Of a stretch of 64,000 nt of DNA, positions 1-9,619 are shown piece after piece. The notes under the pieces were generated by a model. It ran no database searches. It saw nothing but the letters and a program-made list of their open reading frames with translations, and was not told the DNA's origin. Position 1 is the first letter of the stretch. Every line of letters starts with the position of its first letter. Source of the stretch: an uncultured bacterium (GTDB lineage: Bacteria; Desulfobacterota_D; UBA1144; Nemesobacterales; UBA2774); the NCBI GenBank assembly GCA_963825135.1, contig CAWGRW010000009.1, positions 1,696,001 to 1,760,000 on the forward strand, read 5' to 3'. Both the position numbers and the translations under genes were made by a program.

Positions 1-1639
1 TCTGAGTCGTGACCTCCTGCTCCACTATCTTGCCGGTATGCGCGCCGGGCAGCTTCACGATGAGCGGGACATGAATCAGCTCGTTATATAGCGTGTGGCC
101 GTGCTCGAACCCGTCATGGTCCCAGAACTCCTCGCCGTGATCGCTCGTCAGGATTATGAGAGAGCTCTTGTACAGGCTCTGCTCTTTAAAGGCGTCAAGC
201 AGTCTCCCGATGTTCGCGTCTACATAGCGGACCTCACCGTTATAAAGCTCTTTTATCCATTTCCTTTGTGATGCGTTCGGGGCGAAATGCCCGGACCTGA
301 TTGTCGCCGCGCTGCTTAACTCGTATCCGATGGATTCGTCGGGCACGGCATTCTTTGATATATATTCCCTCGGCGGGGTATAGGGTAAATGCGGGTCATA
401 ATAATGTACCCAGAGGAAGAAATCGGAGTCCTGGTTCTTCCCGATCCAGTCGATAGCCATGTCGGTGAGCTCCCCGGTCGAGGCGTAGATTTTCAGCTTA
501 TCCGGGAACGTTTTTTTTATCACGGTCATGCCGAAAGAGTTAACTATTGCCTCGCGCTTCGGGTAAAAATCATATTGCAGGAACCCCTGGTCCATATTGA
601 ATTCCGGCTGGAGATAGAAATTGTCGCCTATAGCCTGTGTGTAATATCCCGAATCCCGCAGGTATTCGGCGAGCGTACGGAATTTATCGGGGAGTACGGA
701 ATCAGCGGCGTATGTCTTATGAACGGTGGGCGAGAGTCCGGTCATCATAGACGAGAACGACGGCAGAGTCCACGGGGCCGCCGAGAACGCGTTTTTAAAC
801 AATGTCCCGTCTGTAGCCAGCGAGTCGATGTTCGGGGTCGAAGTCTCCTTGCCGCCGTATGAAGAGAGAGCGTCCGCCCTCAGGGTGTCTATCGTAATCA
901 GTATCACATGTTTTATCTTGTGATTTGCCGAAGATTTGAAATTATTCACGGCAGGCTCGTATTTTTCTCTTGTCGAAACGAAAATTACGGGGCAGACGAC
1001 CAGCGCCACAACCATCAAAACGGAGAGCGGGATTATCGTGTCGAATTCGGTTTTCGCGAAAACAAAAAATAATCCCAGCGTCAAAAGGGCGATCGAGAAA
1101 AACCCGAGGGACAAATCATAATCCGTCAGCTCGCTGTGTTTATTCAGCCAGACTAGCAGCATGACTTCGGTGAGCACGAGCGGCAGCAGGATGCTCAGCA
1201 TGGAGCCTGCGAGTCCCCCGTATTGAGAGCGGTTTATTTTTTTTGCGGTATAGTAAGTTATGAGTAGCGCGAAAACCGAAATAATGAGGAAGACCAGCAG
1301 CTCCATCCTGTAAGACGCCCAGTTCGCATCGAAATCGTGATAATTGATCGAGATAAGCAGCTCCGTGACCCCGATAAATACCCCGAGCGATATCGCGGCC
1401 GGAACCGCGTCCAGGCCGAATCTCTTTACGAGCCTTGCTCCCAAGAGATACCACAAGACCAGTAGCAGAATGAGAGAGAACCCGGCGGTTACCGCTATCG
1501 GCAGCAGGATTGCCCTGAACATTATGAATTTGGCGTCGGTAATGATTATCCCTATCGATGCGTCAAGGGCGGCTATCGAGAGAGACAGGGCTAGTGCCGT
1601 TATGATTATAAGTCTGGTCGAGCGATCGGATTCCCGCAT
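1..1639 (-). CDS. Membrane-anchored sulfatase-like (alkaline phosphatase superfamily) protein, 3' end runs off the window
   Basis: Not in ORF track; manually translated from ATG at 1639 (MRESDRSTRLIIITALALSLS...). Several hydrophobic N-terminal helices, then VILITIDTLRAD, APWTLPSFSSMMTG, FFLWVHYYDPHLPY, IILTSDHGEEF and HGHTLYNELIHVPLI. Frame stays open to the window edge. Confidence 0.85.
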   Translation of the reverse strand, partial: MRESDRSTRLIIITALALSLSIAALDASIGIIITDAKFIMFRAILLPIAVTAGFSLILLLVLWYLLGARLVKRFGLDAVPAAISLGVFIGVTELLISINYHDFDANWASYRMELLVFLIISVFALLITYYTAKKINRSQYGGLAGSMLSILLPLVLTEVMLLVWLNKHSELTDYDLSLGFFSIALLTLGLFFVFAKTEFDTIIPLSVLMVVALVVCPVIFVSTREKYEPAVNNFKSSANHKIKHVILITIDTLRADALSSYGGKETSTPNIDSLATDGTLFKNAFSAAPWTLPSFSSMMTGLSPTVHKTYAADSVLPDKFRTLAEYLRDSGYYTQAIGDNFYLQPEFNMDQGFLQYDFYPKREAIVNSFGMTVIKKTFPDKLKIYASTGELTDMAIDWIGKNQDSDFFLWVHYYDPHLPYTPPREYISKNAVPDESIGYELSSAATIRSGHFAPNASQRKWIKELYNGEVRYVDANIGRLLDAFKEQSLYKSSLIILTSDHGEEFWDHDGFEHGHTLYNELIHVPLIVKLPGAHTGKIVEQEVTTQ

Positions 1640-1728
1640 TTCGCTATATTATTCCCTTCCGGAAGTACCGTAGTCAATTGTATATAATCTGTAGATTATG
1701 CCCCGAAGTCTGCGAATGGCTAATTCCC

Positions 1729-3160
1729 CTAATTCCAAATCTTCTTCAGTCTGCCGAATAATCCCCCGTTCCTGTAGTTCGTGAGGCTTTTGCCAATCGT
1801 TTCCCCTTCGAGTCTCATCCCGAATAAATCGAGAACCGTGGGGGCTATATCATAAATCTTTATTCCATCCGTATAACCCTGCGTCAGGTTTCCGGTCCTG
1901 CAACCGTTCTCGTTAAGAATGAATATGCCGTTCCAGTCGTGGTTGGCTTCGTCAGAGCCGGTATCGTTCTCGAATGTGTGTATGTTTCCGAGACCCACGC
2001 TCCCGACGGAGCGCCAGCCGAGGGCTCCGAAATAGACTATGAGGTCGGGGGGGACGCCGTTTGCCTCCCTGTAGATGTCCTGTGGCCTGTATGCCCTCGT
2101 TCCGATATTCTCGCCGTCCGGTCCGGGGATCGCCTCGATCCTGCGGACGAGCTCCGAGCGGATCTTTTCATAATCCCCGGGCTCTATTATCCCCTCGGGC
2201 TCCCTGCCTTTCACGTTCATGAAGAGGCGCCCGTAATACCCGCCGTCCCCCCACGCGAGCGTCTTCCGCCAGTCGATTTCCACGTCGGCGATTCTCGTCT
2301 GCTCCCGCGGGTAGTCCTTCAGCGTCAGATACCCCTCCTTGATAAGCCATTCGTTGAAGCATATGCCCCCTTCCATTTTCCTCGCCCCGTGATCCGATAC
2401 CACTATCACGACCGTATCTTCGGGGACGAGCGACAATAACTCTCCGATTTCTCTGTCGCAGTATTTATAATAATCCTTGATCGAATTCTCGAACGGATTG
2501 CCCGGCTCGAATTTCCTGTGCTCGGGGTCTATGAAGCTCCAGAACCCGTGATGTATGCGGTCTACCCCCATTTCGACGAGCATGAAGAAGTCCCAGGGTT
2601 TTGTTTTAATGAGGTGCTTCGCCACCTTGAAATGTTTTTCGGTCTTTTCGTATATCCTTCCCAGGAGAGCCTCCTTGTCGTCCGTCCTGAAGTTCTCGAC
2701 GTCGAGCACATATCCGCCCGATACCTCTTCTATCTCGTCCTTCAGCGGGGCGGGGTAGGTGTAGTTGCTCTCCGTCGACGGGGCGAGAAAACCGCTAACG
2801 ACGCATCCGTTGACGGGCTTTGGAGGGTATGTTTGGGGCACGCCGAGGAGGACTACTTTCTTTCCGGCGCGGGAAAGTATGTCCCACACCCTGTCGCATT
2901 TTACCGCCGTCGCGTTGGCGATCGTGTAGCCGTCATAGGAATAGTCCTTCCTGTTTCTGAAGCCATAATACCCGAGCTGACCCGGGTCCTTTCCGCTCAT
3001 CATCACCGGCCCATGCGGGGACGGTGATCGGAGGATGGCAGGACAGCATGGGCCCGTACGCGCCCTTTTCCATGAGTTTATTGAGGTTAGGCAGCTCTTC
3101 TTTCCATCCGAATACGAACCTAGGGTCGGCGCAGTCAAGCCCGATAATAAGAAGCTTCAT
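1729..3160 (-). pseudogene. Type I phosphodiesterase/nucleotide pyrophosphatase (AlkP superfamily), split by a one-base insertion near 3007 (pseudogene or sequencing error)
   Basis: N-terminus MKLLIIGLDCAD...PPITVPAW lies in ORF 2933..3160. The continuation VMMSGKDPGQLGYYGF...DRIHHGFW...VVSDHG...ANH lies in ORF 1729..3138. Minus-strand junction reads TGG GCC G GTG ATG ATG. Confidence 0.8.
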
Positions 3161-5125
3161 TCACTGCTTCCTTCTTCTGAGGAGAGTGAGCGCCGTTACA
3201 AAGGCCGGAATAAGCAGGATAAACGTATTTGTAAAGGCAGTTCCTGTAACGTCGGCATTCGCGGGGCCGTAAACGGAGCAGCCGCCGCTGTCGTTTGAAC
3301 CATCGTTACCGGGGGGAGGAGTCGGGCCGGGACCACCGCTGTCTCCTACAGCCTCCTGGACCGCGGCAAAGGCGTTTATGCTGCCGAAACCGGAGATATC
3401 ATCGAACCCGGCGGGAGTAATGTCGTCAGCCGTGCCTGTTATTATGTCGGTGACCTCTTCCACCTGTCTGGTTGCGGCAATGGAGGACTCCGCGGAATTC
3501 GAAGCGTTGAAATCAGCCCCGAAACCGAGGGCCTGGAGCACGAGCGCCGCTACTCCCGCAGCGTGGGGAGCCGAGGCCGACGTGCCGGCGAAATTGAAGA
3601 ACCCCGGAACGGTCGTCGATACCCTGTTCGGGGCGACGATTGTGGGGGTATCCCTGTCTTCGAGAAGCGGAGCGGCCCGTAGGGACGATGCATCCGAGAT
3701 TGTAACTGTAGGAGGAAAGAATATTGAAGACGGGCCTTCAGAGCTGAAGGACTCTACATCGCCTTCGGAGGTGGCGCCTACGGATATGACTCCGGGCGCC
3801 GCCGGATGGCCGTAGACGCTGTTCCCGGGGACGTTGAACTCTACTGGCGTGCCGCCAAGATTAAAGAATATCTCTAGCGTCTGGTCTCCACCGCTGAATT
3901 TATTGATAACTATATCGAAAAAGCCCGTACCGGGTCCTTCGTTCGAAACCGATGCTATTTCAATCGGGTCGTCGTCTCCGTTCTGAGTATCCGTGCTCGA
4001 ACCGAGAATATCACCGGTATCGGGATCGACGAGGAAGAGGTCGTAGTCGTCAGAGGCCTCCCCGAAGGGGTTACTCCACTGGAGCACGACGACCGAGCTC
4101 CTATTAGGCGGAAGCGCGATTGTCATGCCTACGTCACTCCCTTCGCCGGCCGCCAGCCCGAAATCGTGGAGATCGGTATCCGCATCCCCAGGGTCCGTAT
4201 CCACGTAGAGGGCCTGGTAATGGGCCCCACCGTCATTGCCCGCAGAGGATACATAAACAATCCCGTCCTCCACCGCCTGAGCCACCGCCTGGGCTACCGG
4301 TCCGTCCTGGAAGAAGGGCTCCGAGAGAAACCCTACATCGTCTATTATCACGTCGACGCCGTTATTTTTGAAGAAGTCTATTGCCTGTATGAAATTCAAG
4401 GTGCTTGTGCCGTTATGAAACGCCAGGTCGGCACCCGGAGCTATGTCGTGCACGATTTCGAGGATGGCCGTGCCCTCGTCCCCGCTGCCGGGATCGCCTA
4501 CCTGCACTACATTCGGGAGGTCTCCCGTAAGCTGGGAAGCGGCGATGCTGTCGACTCCGTCCGAAATGACGCCCACTTTTATTCCCGAGCCGTCCACTCC
4601 GAATGTCTCCCTCGCCGCGTCAGACCCCATGATCCCGTCCCCTTCGGTGGTAACTGAGCCCGCTCTTGGATACCCGTAGCTGGGCGGGGTGATTCTGGAG
4701 ACGAATCCGAGCTCGGCCGCCTTCTCGAGGCTGCCGCCGGGCAGCCAGCCCTGGACGATTTTCAATTTTTCATTTATGACATCGGGTATTAGACCGAGCG
4801 CTGTCAGCTGCCCGATGTCCTCGCCGCTCGATTCACTCATGTGGACGTAAACCTCGATGTTCCCGGAATCGTCCACCTTTACGAGCGGCGTGGAAAAATC
4901 CTCCGCGCTAAGGCTTTGGGCACCATTTCTCGATGACGTCGCATCGGCCATGTTATTAAGGACATTGGTCAGACTCGGGCTTATTTTGGAACTACCAGCG
5001 GTTTTATCTTTCCGGGCTCTGAGGACGGACACGTCCGGATTCTGAAGGGCCGATGCGTCAGGGACGAATTCAAAATAGAGGGACGAAGAGCATAAAATTA
5101 TAAGAGCAACAAGGGCTTTTCTCAT
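3161..5125 (-). CDS. Secreted subtilase-clan (S8/S53-like) serine peptidase with C-terminal GGC + TM + basic sorting signal
   Basis: Signal peptide from ATG 5125 (MRKALVALIIL); VGVISDG, DEGTAILEIVHDIAPGA, SSAGND, FAGTSASAPHAAG; C-terminus SGGCS...FILLIPAFVTALTLLRRRKQ. Confidence 0.85.
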   Translation of the reverse strand: MRKALVALIILCSSSLYFEFVPDASALQNPDVSVLRARKDKTAGSSKISPSLTNVLNNMADATSSRNGAQSLSAEDFSTPLVKVDDSGNIEVYVHMSESSGEDIGQLTALGLIPDVINEKLKIVQGWLPGGSLEKAAELGFVSRITPPSYGYPRAGSVTTEGDGIMGSDAARETFGVDGSGIKVGVISDGVDSIAASQLTGDLPNVVQVGDPGSGDEGTAILEIVHDIAPGADLAFHNGTSTLNFIQAIDFFKNNGVDVIIDDVGFLSEPFFQDGPVAQAVAQAVEDGIVYVSSAGNDGGAHYQALYVDTDPGDADTDLHDFGLAAGEGSDVGMTIALPPNRSSVVVLQWSNPFGEASDDYDLFLVDPDTGDILGSSTDTQNGDDDPIEIASVSNEGPGTGFFDIVINKFSGGDQTLEIFFNLGGTPVEFNVPGNSVYGHPAAPGVISVGATSEGDVESFSSEGPSSIFFPPTVTISDASSLRAAPLLEDRDTPTIVAPNRVSTTVPGFFNFAGTSASAPHAAGVAALVLQALGFGADFNASNSAESSIAATRQVEEVTDIITGTADDITPAGFDDISGFGSINAFAAVQEAVGDSGGPGPTPPPGNDGSNDSGGCSVYGPANADVTGTAFTNTFILLIPAFVTALTLLRRRKQ

Positions 5126-5463
5126 TAAGTCACTTCCCACCCGCACGATTCGGTTACTTTAATATTATAACCAATCGTTTACGATGTATACGTATTAATT
5201 AGCGAGGGCAGGATTTGATAAATTATTCCTGATTCTAGTGGTTTACCAACACCTAATTAGGCATCCGATAAAAGAGCGCGCCCTCGGCAAGTTTAAGCCC
5301 GGAGGCCCGGTTTACTACCCGGCGACCATCGTTAATTCTTTAATCAAACGCTCGGGATCATCGGTTACATCCGTATTAATTACGGGCGCTCCGGCATATG
5401 CGCCTCCCCTGACGTATTCCGACGTTTCATCGGGCGGCATTTTACCGGAGTCAATTCGAATTT

Positions 5464-5550
5464 CGGAGGGGGTGGGATTTGAACCCACGAGAGCCTTTCG
5501 ACTCTACTGGTTTTCGAGACCAGCGCCTTCGGCCGCTCGGCCACCCCTCC
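5464..5550 (-). tRNA. tRNA-Ser(CGA), CCA not encoded
   Basis: GGAGGGG acceptor stem, anticodon arm CTGGT-CTCGAAA-ACCAG, long variable arm, GGTTCAAATCC T-loop, discriminator G. Confidence 0.95.
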
Positions 5551-5567
5551 AGGCAATTCAACGAGAT

Positions 5568-5596
5568 AACGTACCAAAACTGATTTGTTTAAGCAA
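5568..5596 (-). promoter_or_regulatory. Putative sigma70 promoter of tRNA-Ser
   Basis: TTGCTT-N17-TACGTT with TGn extended -10, just upstream of the tRNA. Confidence 0.5.
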
Positions 5597-5652
5597 TAAG
5601 CGGCGTGTTTGGCCGTCTGTGAAAGTCTCCCAAATAATGTAGACTTTTTCCC

Positions 5653-8175
5653 GTGCAGAGGGATATCCTTACAAACCGCGTTAAAAACCAGATCAGGATA
5701 AGCATTGAAGAGGCCTCGGGAAACGAGGTCTTTTTCGTAGGCTCCTTCACCGAAGGCAGCGTCGTCGACGACGTGCGGGTCGTCGCCCGCGGAAATAATA
5801 GCTCGGTCCCAGCCGTGATCGATTCGGCCTTTCCGGGAGAGGTCGTCATTCACAACCACCCTTCCGGAAACCTCACGCCATCCGACCACGATATACAGAT
5901 AGCCTCCATATTCGGGAATCAGGGGATCGGCTTCTACATAGTGGATAATTCCGTTTCCCAGGTATATGTGGTCGTGGAGCCCTACTCCGAAAGAGAAATA
6001 GAGCCCCTCGACATCGGGAGGGCGAGAGGATTTCTCCTCCCCGAAGGCGGTGTCGCGGAATTGATGGGGGATAAGTACGAGCTCAGGGACGAGCAGCTGA
6101 CGATGCTCGATGCCGTCGCCTGGGCGTTTAACGAGAGCCGCATATCGCTTATAGAGGCAGGGACGGGGACCGGCAAGACACTTTCCTATCTGATACCCGC
6201 CGTTGCCTGGTCGATTCAGAACGGCGAGAGGGTGGTAGTATCGACCAATACCATTAACCTCCAGGAGCAGCTGATTGATAAAGACATACCCCTCGTGCAT
6301 AAAATTTTTGACGGGGAATTCAACTATTCACTGGTCAAGGGCATGGGGAATTACCTCTGCCTTCTCCGCGCTGAAACGGTAAACGACGGGCTCTTCGAAA
6401 TCGCGGACGAGGACGAAGTGGACGCTATATCGAATATTCTCGAATGGGCGAAGGTCACGGACGACGGGTCGCTCTCAGACCTCAGCTTCACCCCGCCCGA
6501 CGACGTGTGGGACAAGGTGTCCGCGGAGAGCGACAGCTGCCTGAGGGCGAGATGCCCTTATTATTCACGATGTTTTTTTTACAAGTCCCGGAGGGAGATC
6601 GCCTCTTCCCAGATCCTCGTCGTAAACCATCACCTCCTCTTTTCCGACCTCTCGATCAAAGGCGCGTCCGAGAAGAGTGACGCCGGCATTCTGCCCCCGT
6701 TCAAGAGGGTAATTTTCGACGAGGCCCATCATATCGTTGACGCTGCGACCTCTCACTTCGGGATGAGGGCCACGAAATTCGGGATTATCAGGATTCTGAG
6801 GCGGATGAAGAGGAGGGGTAAGGGTGGGGAATCGAAGGGTCTCATCTACTACAGCGCGGCTCTTGCGACAAAGCTCACCGGGGCTGCGAGAAAGGGCATC
6901 GTGAATGACGTGCTGAGGAGAGTGGAGCAGAACCTCACTCCCAGGGTGGACGCCGCGGAAGAATACGTTGCGGACGCTTTCGACGCCCTCTATTATTTTT
7001 CGCTTTCTCTCATGCAGGAGAAGGAGCCCGAAAGCCAGGAGGTGAGCATCAGGATTACGGAGGCGGCCTTTTCCCGCGAGGGGTGGGTAGAGATAGACAG
7101 GAAGTTCTCGGTCCTGAGAATAAGGCTTAAGGAGCTCTATGAGGAGATAAAGTCGTTTACGGATTTTCTGATAGACTACGAATCGGAGAGCGATTTCGCG
7201 AAGCTCATAGTGGAGTTCAGGGGCGTCGCCAATAAGCTCGACTATTACTCGGAGGTTATCGCGACGTTCCTAAGCCCCGAAGACGACGGATACGTGAGGT
7301 GGGTGGAAGGAAGGACGGGCAGGGGGACGGTCGTCTCAGGACTGGGACTATCCCCGCTGGATATATCACAGCCCTTAAAAGAGAGGCTCTACTCAAGATG
7401 CGGCACGGTCGTGATGACCTCGGCCACTATGGCCGTGAGAAAGGACTTCGAATTCCTTAAGTCAGGGCTCGGTCTTCAGGACGAGACCAGGGTGTCCGAG
7501 CTCATTCTGCCCTCTCCCTTTAATTACGAGGAGCAGCTCCTTCTCGCGATACCGACCGATATGCCAGAGCCTGGCACGAAGGAATACTCAAGGACCATCG
7601 CTCCGCTGATACTTGAAGCCGTTAAAGCCTCGCGGGGCAACGCCCTTATTCTCTTCACCTCGTACTCTCTTCTAGAGAGCGTGTACAGGCAGATTAACGA
7701 AGAACTCGAATCGTCCGGCATACACGCCCTCAAACAGGGCGCTCTGCCGAGGGGGAGGCTCCTCGATAAGTTGAGGGTAGAGGACGGGTCGGTCCTGTTC
7801 GCGACCGACAGTTTCTGGGAGGGAGTCGACGTGCCCGGGAACGCGCTCAGGCTGGTAGTGATTTCGAGACTCCCGTTCAGGGTGCCTACCGAGCCCATTA
7901 TCGAGGCCCGCGTCGAGCATATGGAGAGTATGGGCGTGAATTCGTTTACCGATTACAGCGTCCCCGTGGCCGTCCTTAAATTCAAGCAGGGATTCGGGAG
8001 GCTCATCCGGACAAGGAGCGACCGGGGGGCGGTGCTCGTGCTCGACAGGAGGATAATCAGCAAGTTCTACGGGAAGTACTTTCTCGATTCGCTGCCCGAG
8101 AGCGGCAGGCTGATAGCAGGCTCGGAAGAGGTAATTTCCGGGCTCGAAAGGTTTTTTTCCGAACAACCCTCCTGA
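5653..8175 (+). CDS. dinG: DinG/YoaA-family Fe-S helicase with N-terminal RadC-like JAB domain
   Basis: N-terminal EVFFVG...HNHPSGNLTPSDHD; Walker A EAGTGTGKT; Cys cluster YLC...CLRARCPYYSRC; DEAH; SFWEGVDVPG; QGFGRLIR. Confidence 0.88.
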   Translation: MQRDILTNRVKNQIRISIEEASGNEVFFVGSFTEGSVVDDVRVVARGNNSSVPAVIDSAFPGEVVIHNHPSGNLTPSDHDIQIASIFGNQGIGFYIVDNSVSQVYVVVEPYSEREIEPLDIGRARGFLLPEGGVAELMGDKYELRDEQLTMLDAVAWAFNESRISLIEAGTGTGKTLSYLIPAVAWSIQNGERVVVSTNTINLQEQLIDKDIPLVHKIFDGEFNYSLVKGMGNYLCLLRAETVNDGLFEIADEDEVDAISNILEWAKVTDDGSLSDLSFTPPDDVWDKVSAESDSCLRARCPYYSRCFFYKSRREIASSQILVVNHHLLFSDLSIKGASEKSDAGILPPFKRVIFDEAHHIVDAATSHFGMRATKFGIIRILRRMKRRGKGGESKGLIYYSAALATKLTGAARKGIVNDVLRRVEQNLTPRVDAAEEYVADAFDALYYFSLSLMQEKEPESQEVSIRITEAAFSREGWVEIDRKFSVLRIRLKELYEEIKSFTDFLIDYESESDFAKLIVEFRGVANKLDYYSEVIATFLSPEDDGYVRWVEGRTGRGTVVSGLGLSPLDISQPLKERLYSRCGTVVMTSATMAVRKDFEFLKSGLGLQDETRVSELILPSPFNYEEQLLLAIPTDMPEPGTKEYSRTIAPLILEAVKASRGNALILFTSYSLLESVYRQINEELESSGIHALKQGALPRGRLLDKLRVEDGSVLFATDSFWEGVDVPGNALRLVVISRLPFRVPTEPIIEARVEHMESMGVNSFTDYSVPVAVLKFKQGFGRLIRTRSDRGAVLVLDRRIISKFYGKYFLDSLPESGRLIAGSEEVISGLERFFSEQPS

Positions 8176-8246
8176 ACGCTCCATTCAGTTAAACATCGAT
8201 GAGGCACTTCCGAATCGGGCCTGGCAGCCTGTTTAATGTAACAATG

Positions 8247-8390
8247 CTAAATTTGAGTCGAGGACTTACTTTTAGGAACATCGACTGAGCCCGAACACTT
8301 CATAATCCCCGGCGCGACAAAAACCACGGCCAGACTTAAGAAGATGAGGGACGTCCTGAGGATTTTGGCTACTCTTGCTGACAGTTTCAT
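8247..8390 (-). CDS. Small exported/lipoprotein-like protein, 47 aa
   Basis: MKLSARVAKILRTSLIFLSLAVVFVAPGIMKCSGSVDVPKSKSSTQI; strong GAGGAGGA RBS; basic N-terminus, hydrophobic core, then Cys. Confidence 0.55.
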   Translation of the reverse strand: MKLSARVAKILRTSLIFLSLAVVFVAPGIMKCSGSVDVPKSKSSTQI

Positions 8391-8420
8391 TTTATGAATC
8401 CTCCTCTAGCTGTTTTCGCT

Positions 8421-8588
8421 CTACTTTGTGTCAAGCGCTGCGGCGGTTACACCGACGCTTCCGGTGTTATTAGCTTTTGTGCCTATCTCCCCTTCACACT
8501 GGCACGCATATACGAAAAAGAGGGCCAGCAGGCACAGTAATAGAAGAGCCGGCCTTTGATTACCCTTGATTGATTTAAAGATATTCAT
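8421..8588 (-). CDS. Small putative lipoprotein, 55 aa
   Basis: MNIFKSIKGNQRPALLLLCLLALFFVYACQCEGEIGTKANNTGSVGVTAAALDTK; lipobox-like VYAC; GGGGA upstream. Confidence 0.55.
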   Translation of the reverse strand: MNIFKSIKGNQRPALLLLCLLALFFVYACQCEGEIGTKANNTGSVGVTAAALDTK

Positions 8589-8739
8589 GCGCTCATCCCC
8601 GTTCTATGGTATTTAATCTGTCCCTAAACGATACCCATTAATACGAAATCTAATCATATCACAGCGGATACCCGAGAGCAATCGATTTATTATTCGTTTT
8701 CGATTCACAAAGAAAACCCGGGACATACGAGTATATTTT

Positions 8740-9513
8740 TCAGGATTGAAGAGATTTTACTATCTTCCTCACGAGGAACCGGGGCGTGAATCTCAAAAGG
8801 AACGGTATCAGCTTTTGTTTAATCCCGGGCAGAACGATGACGTCCCCCCTCCTGAAACCCTCATACCCGGCCTTAACCACGGGCTCGACGTCCATGAGGC
8901 TCAACTTGAATAAAAGCGAGTCGTCGAGATCGGACTTCGTTCCGAATTCGGTCCTCACGGGGCCCGGCGCCAGGCACGTGATTTTTATATTCGGGTTCTT
9001 TATCTCCTCGGAGAGGGCTTCGGTGAAGGACAGCACGTAGGCTTTGGTTGCGTAATAGACGGCGAGGTTCGGCCCCGGCTGGAAACCCGCGAGGGAGCCG
9101 ACGTTTAGTATACCGCCCCGCCCCCTTTCGATGATGCCCGGAAGGAAGAGTCTAGTTAAATGGGTGAGCGCTACTATGTTTACCTGAAGCATATCGATCT
9201 GTGCCTGTTCGCCCAGTTCAGCGAAGCTCCCGCGTGCGCCGAAGCCCGCGTTGTTTACGACCACGTCGACTTGTATGCCCACTTTCTGAAGCGCCTCGAA
9301 TATCTCTCTCGGGGCGTTTTTTCCCGAGAGGTCTTTCGGCAGAATAAATACGTCGACGCCGAAATCGGATTTGAGCTCGTCCGCGAGCGCTTTGAGCCTG
9401 TCTTCTCTTCGCGCGACGAGCACGAGGTTGGAATCGTCCGCCGCGAAAAGTCTCGCCAACTCAAGGCCGATCCCCGAGGAAGCCCCTGTTATAAGCGCTG
9501 TTTCATTTGCCAT
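8740..9513 (-). CDS. Short-chain dehydrogenase/reductase
   Basis: TGASSGIG, NNAGFG, YYATK (YxxxK). Confidence 0.92.
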   Translation of the reverse strand: MANETALITGASSGIGLELARLFAADDSNLVLVARREDRLKALADELKSDFGVDVFILPKDLSGKNAPREIFEALQKVGIQVDVVVNNAGFGARGSFAELGEQAQIDMLQVNIVALTHLTRLFLPGIIERGRGGILNVGSLAGFQPGPNLAVYYATKAYVLSFTEALSEEIKNPNIKITCLAPGPVRTEFGTKSDLDDSLLFKLSLMDVEPVVKAGYEGFRRGDVIVLPGIKQKLIPFLLRFTPRFLVRKIVKSLQS

Positions 9514-9549
9514 GTGAGTGCTCTCTTTCTCCCGCGAAATGTATCCACT

Positions 9550-9578
9550 GTTTTACACCTCGTCCGTTACCCTGTCAA
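9550..9578 (-). promoter_or_regulatory. Putative sigma70 promoter of the SDR gene
   Basis: TTGACA-N17-TAAAAC. Confidence 0.45.
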
Positions 9579-9619
9579 TCGGCGGACGGGTATGTATTCC
9601 GCTTATTTATTATCGCGGA

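Noticed and set aside
5126..5463. Possible island integrated at the tRNA-Ser 3' end, or a structured ncRNA there
   Set aside because: No integrase and no duplicated tRNA 3' end seen; only short scattered hairpins that match no RNA family I recognise.
5380..6300. Long antisense ORFs (here, and 11727..12785, 54714..55691, 62503..63609)
   Set aside because: Shadow frames opposite well-supported genes, expected from codon bias; this one also runs through tRNA-Ser.
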